A DNA stretch of 64,000 bases from Mobula hypostoma. Taxonomy: Eukaryota. The notes under the pieces were generated by a model, which searched no databases, had not been told where the DNA came from, and saw only the letters and a program-made list of their open reading frames with translations. How positions within the stretch are numbered: position 1 is the first letter of the stretch; each line of letters opens with the position of its first letter. A program made the translations under genes and the position numbers. Positions 63,370 to 64,000 of the stretch are shown here, one piece after another. The DNA is taken from the NCBI RefSeq assembly GCF_963921235.1, contig NC_086109.1:806001-870000 (forward strand), written 5' to 3'.

Positions 63370-64000
63370 TCACCTGTTTCCTTGTCTCTGTTTCTCTACT
63401 CCTCCTCTCTCAGTGACCCAGTAAGTGCAAGGATTTGAACAGAGAGCCTTTTATTCCACCCGTCCACTCTCAGAAGGCTTTTCAGTCTCCCTGCAGGCTT
63501 GTGCAGTCTTTGCTTGCTGCACTTGCTGCTTTGCAGTTTGGAATGCCTTTCTTCTGCATTGTAAGCCATTCCTCACTGCCCTCGAGCAGTCTTCCTATTT
63601 TTAAACACCACCAGTCCAAGAGGATGCAGCAAGGAAGGCGAAAAAACTGAACACAGTACCATCATGGAGATTTCACAAAGAGCAACAGTATCTGAAACCT
63701 GCAGTCTCACCACTCTCTCCTCCCCAAACCTGTACTCTGATCTCCCATTCTCTACTCCCCTTTCTCTCATCCCCTCTTGCTCTTTTTTCTGATTCTTCTC
63801 TTTTTCTGATCAGCTCTCTTCCTCTCTCTCTCTCTGATTCCATCCCTTCTCGCTGTCACCTCCCCCTTTCATTCCCCCTCTCTCTGATCCTCCTCTTGCT
63901 TTCTGCTTTCCCCCTCCTCTCTTTAATTTTCTCACAGCCTTCCACTCTCATCTCTCTTCACTCCCTCCACCTCAGACCTCTCTCTCTCTCTCACCCTCTT

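Noticed and set aside
63400..63427. Plus-strand 7-nt microexon-like ctctcAG-TGACCCA-GTaagt
   Set aside because: Antisense to the gene, no partner exons, and expected by chance next to a CT tract
63573..63770. ORF MMVLCSVFSPSLLHPLG as the KIRREL signal-peptide exon
   Set aside because: Weak hydrophobic core and no convincing phase-1 donor

Overview
Vertebrate genomic DNA, most likely from a cartilaginous fish (an inference from the repeat landscape: esterase-ORF1 CR1 LINEs, Penelope-like fragments, a chondrichthyan-type ~58-bp tandem repeat). It carries nine coding exons of a minus-strand KIRREL/NEPH Ig-superfamily gene most similar to KIRREL1, at 62631 down to 3739. All have GT-AG boundaries and join in frame; the signal-peptide exon and the TM/cytoplasmic exons are not found here. 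The introns are mostly nested transposon debris, long GA/CT-rich tracts and a 2.4-kb compound minisatellite. The debris includes many CR1 pieces, one full-length CR1, two hAT Buster/Charlie-like elements, a Tigger/pogo element, and Penelope and Rex1/Babar fragments. The most notable structures are: (1) a head-to-head pair of identically deleted hAT elements 90 bp apart forming a ~1.9-kb inverted repeat, one of them split by the full-length CR1; (2) tiny TSD-flanked Penelope-derived inserts carrying minimal hammerhead-ribozyme cores; (3) a two-unit minisatellite with an 832-bp higher-order duplication. No wholly new protein-coding system can be supported. Repeat boundaries are approximate unless a TSD or TIR is given.
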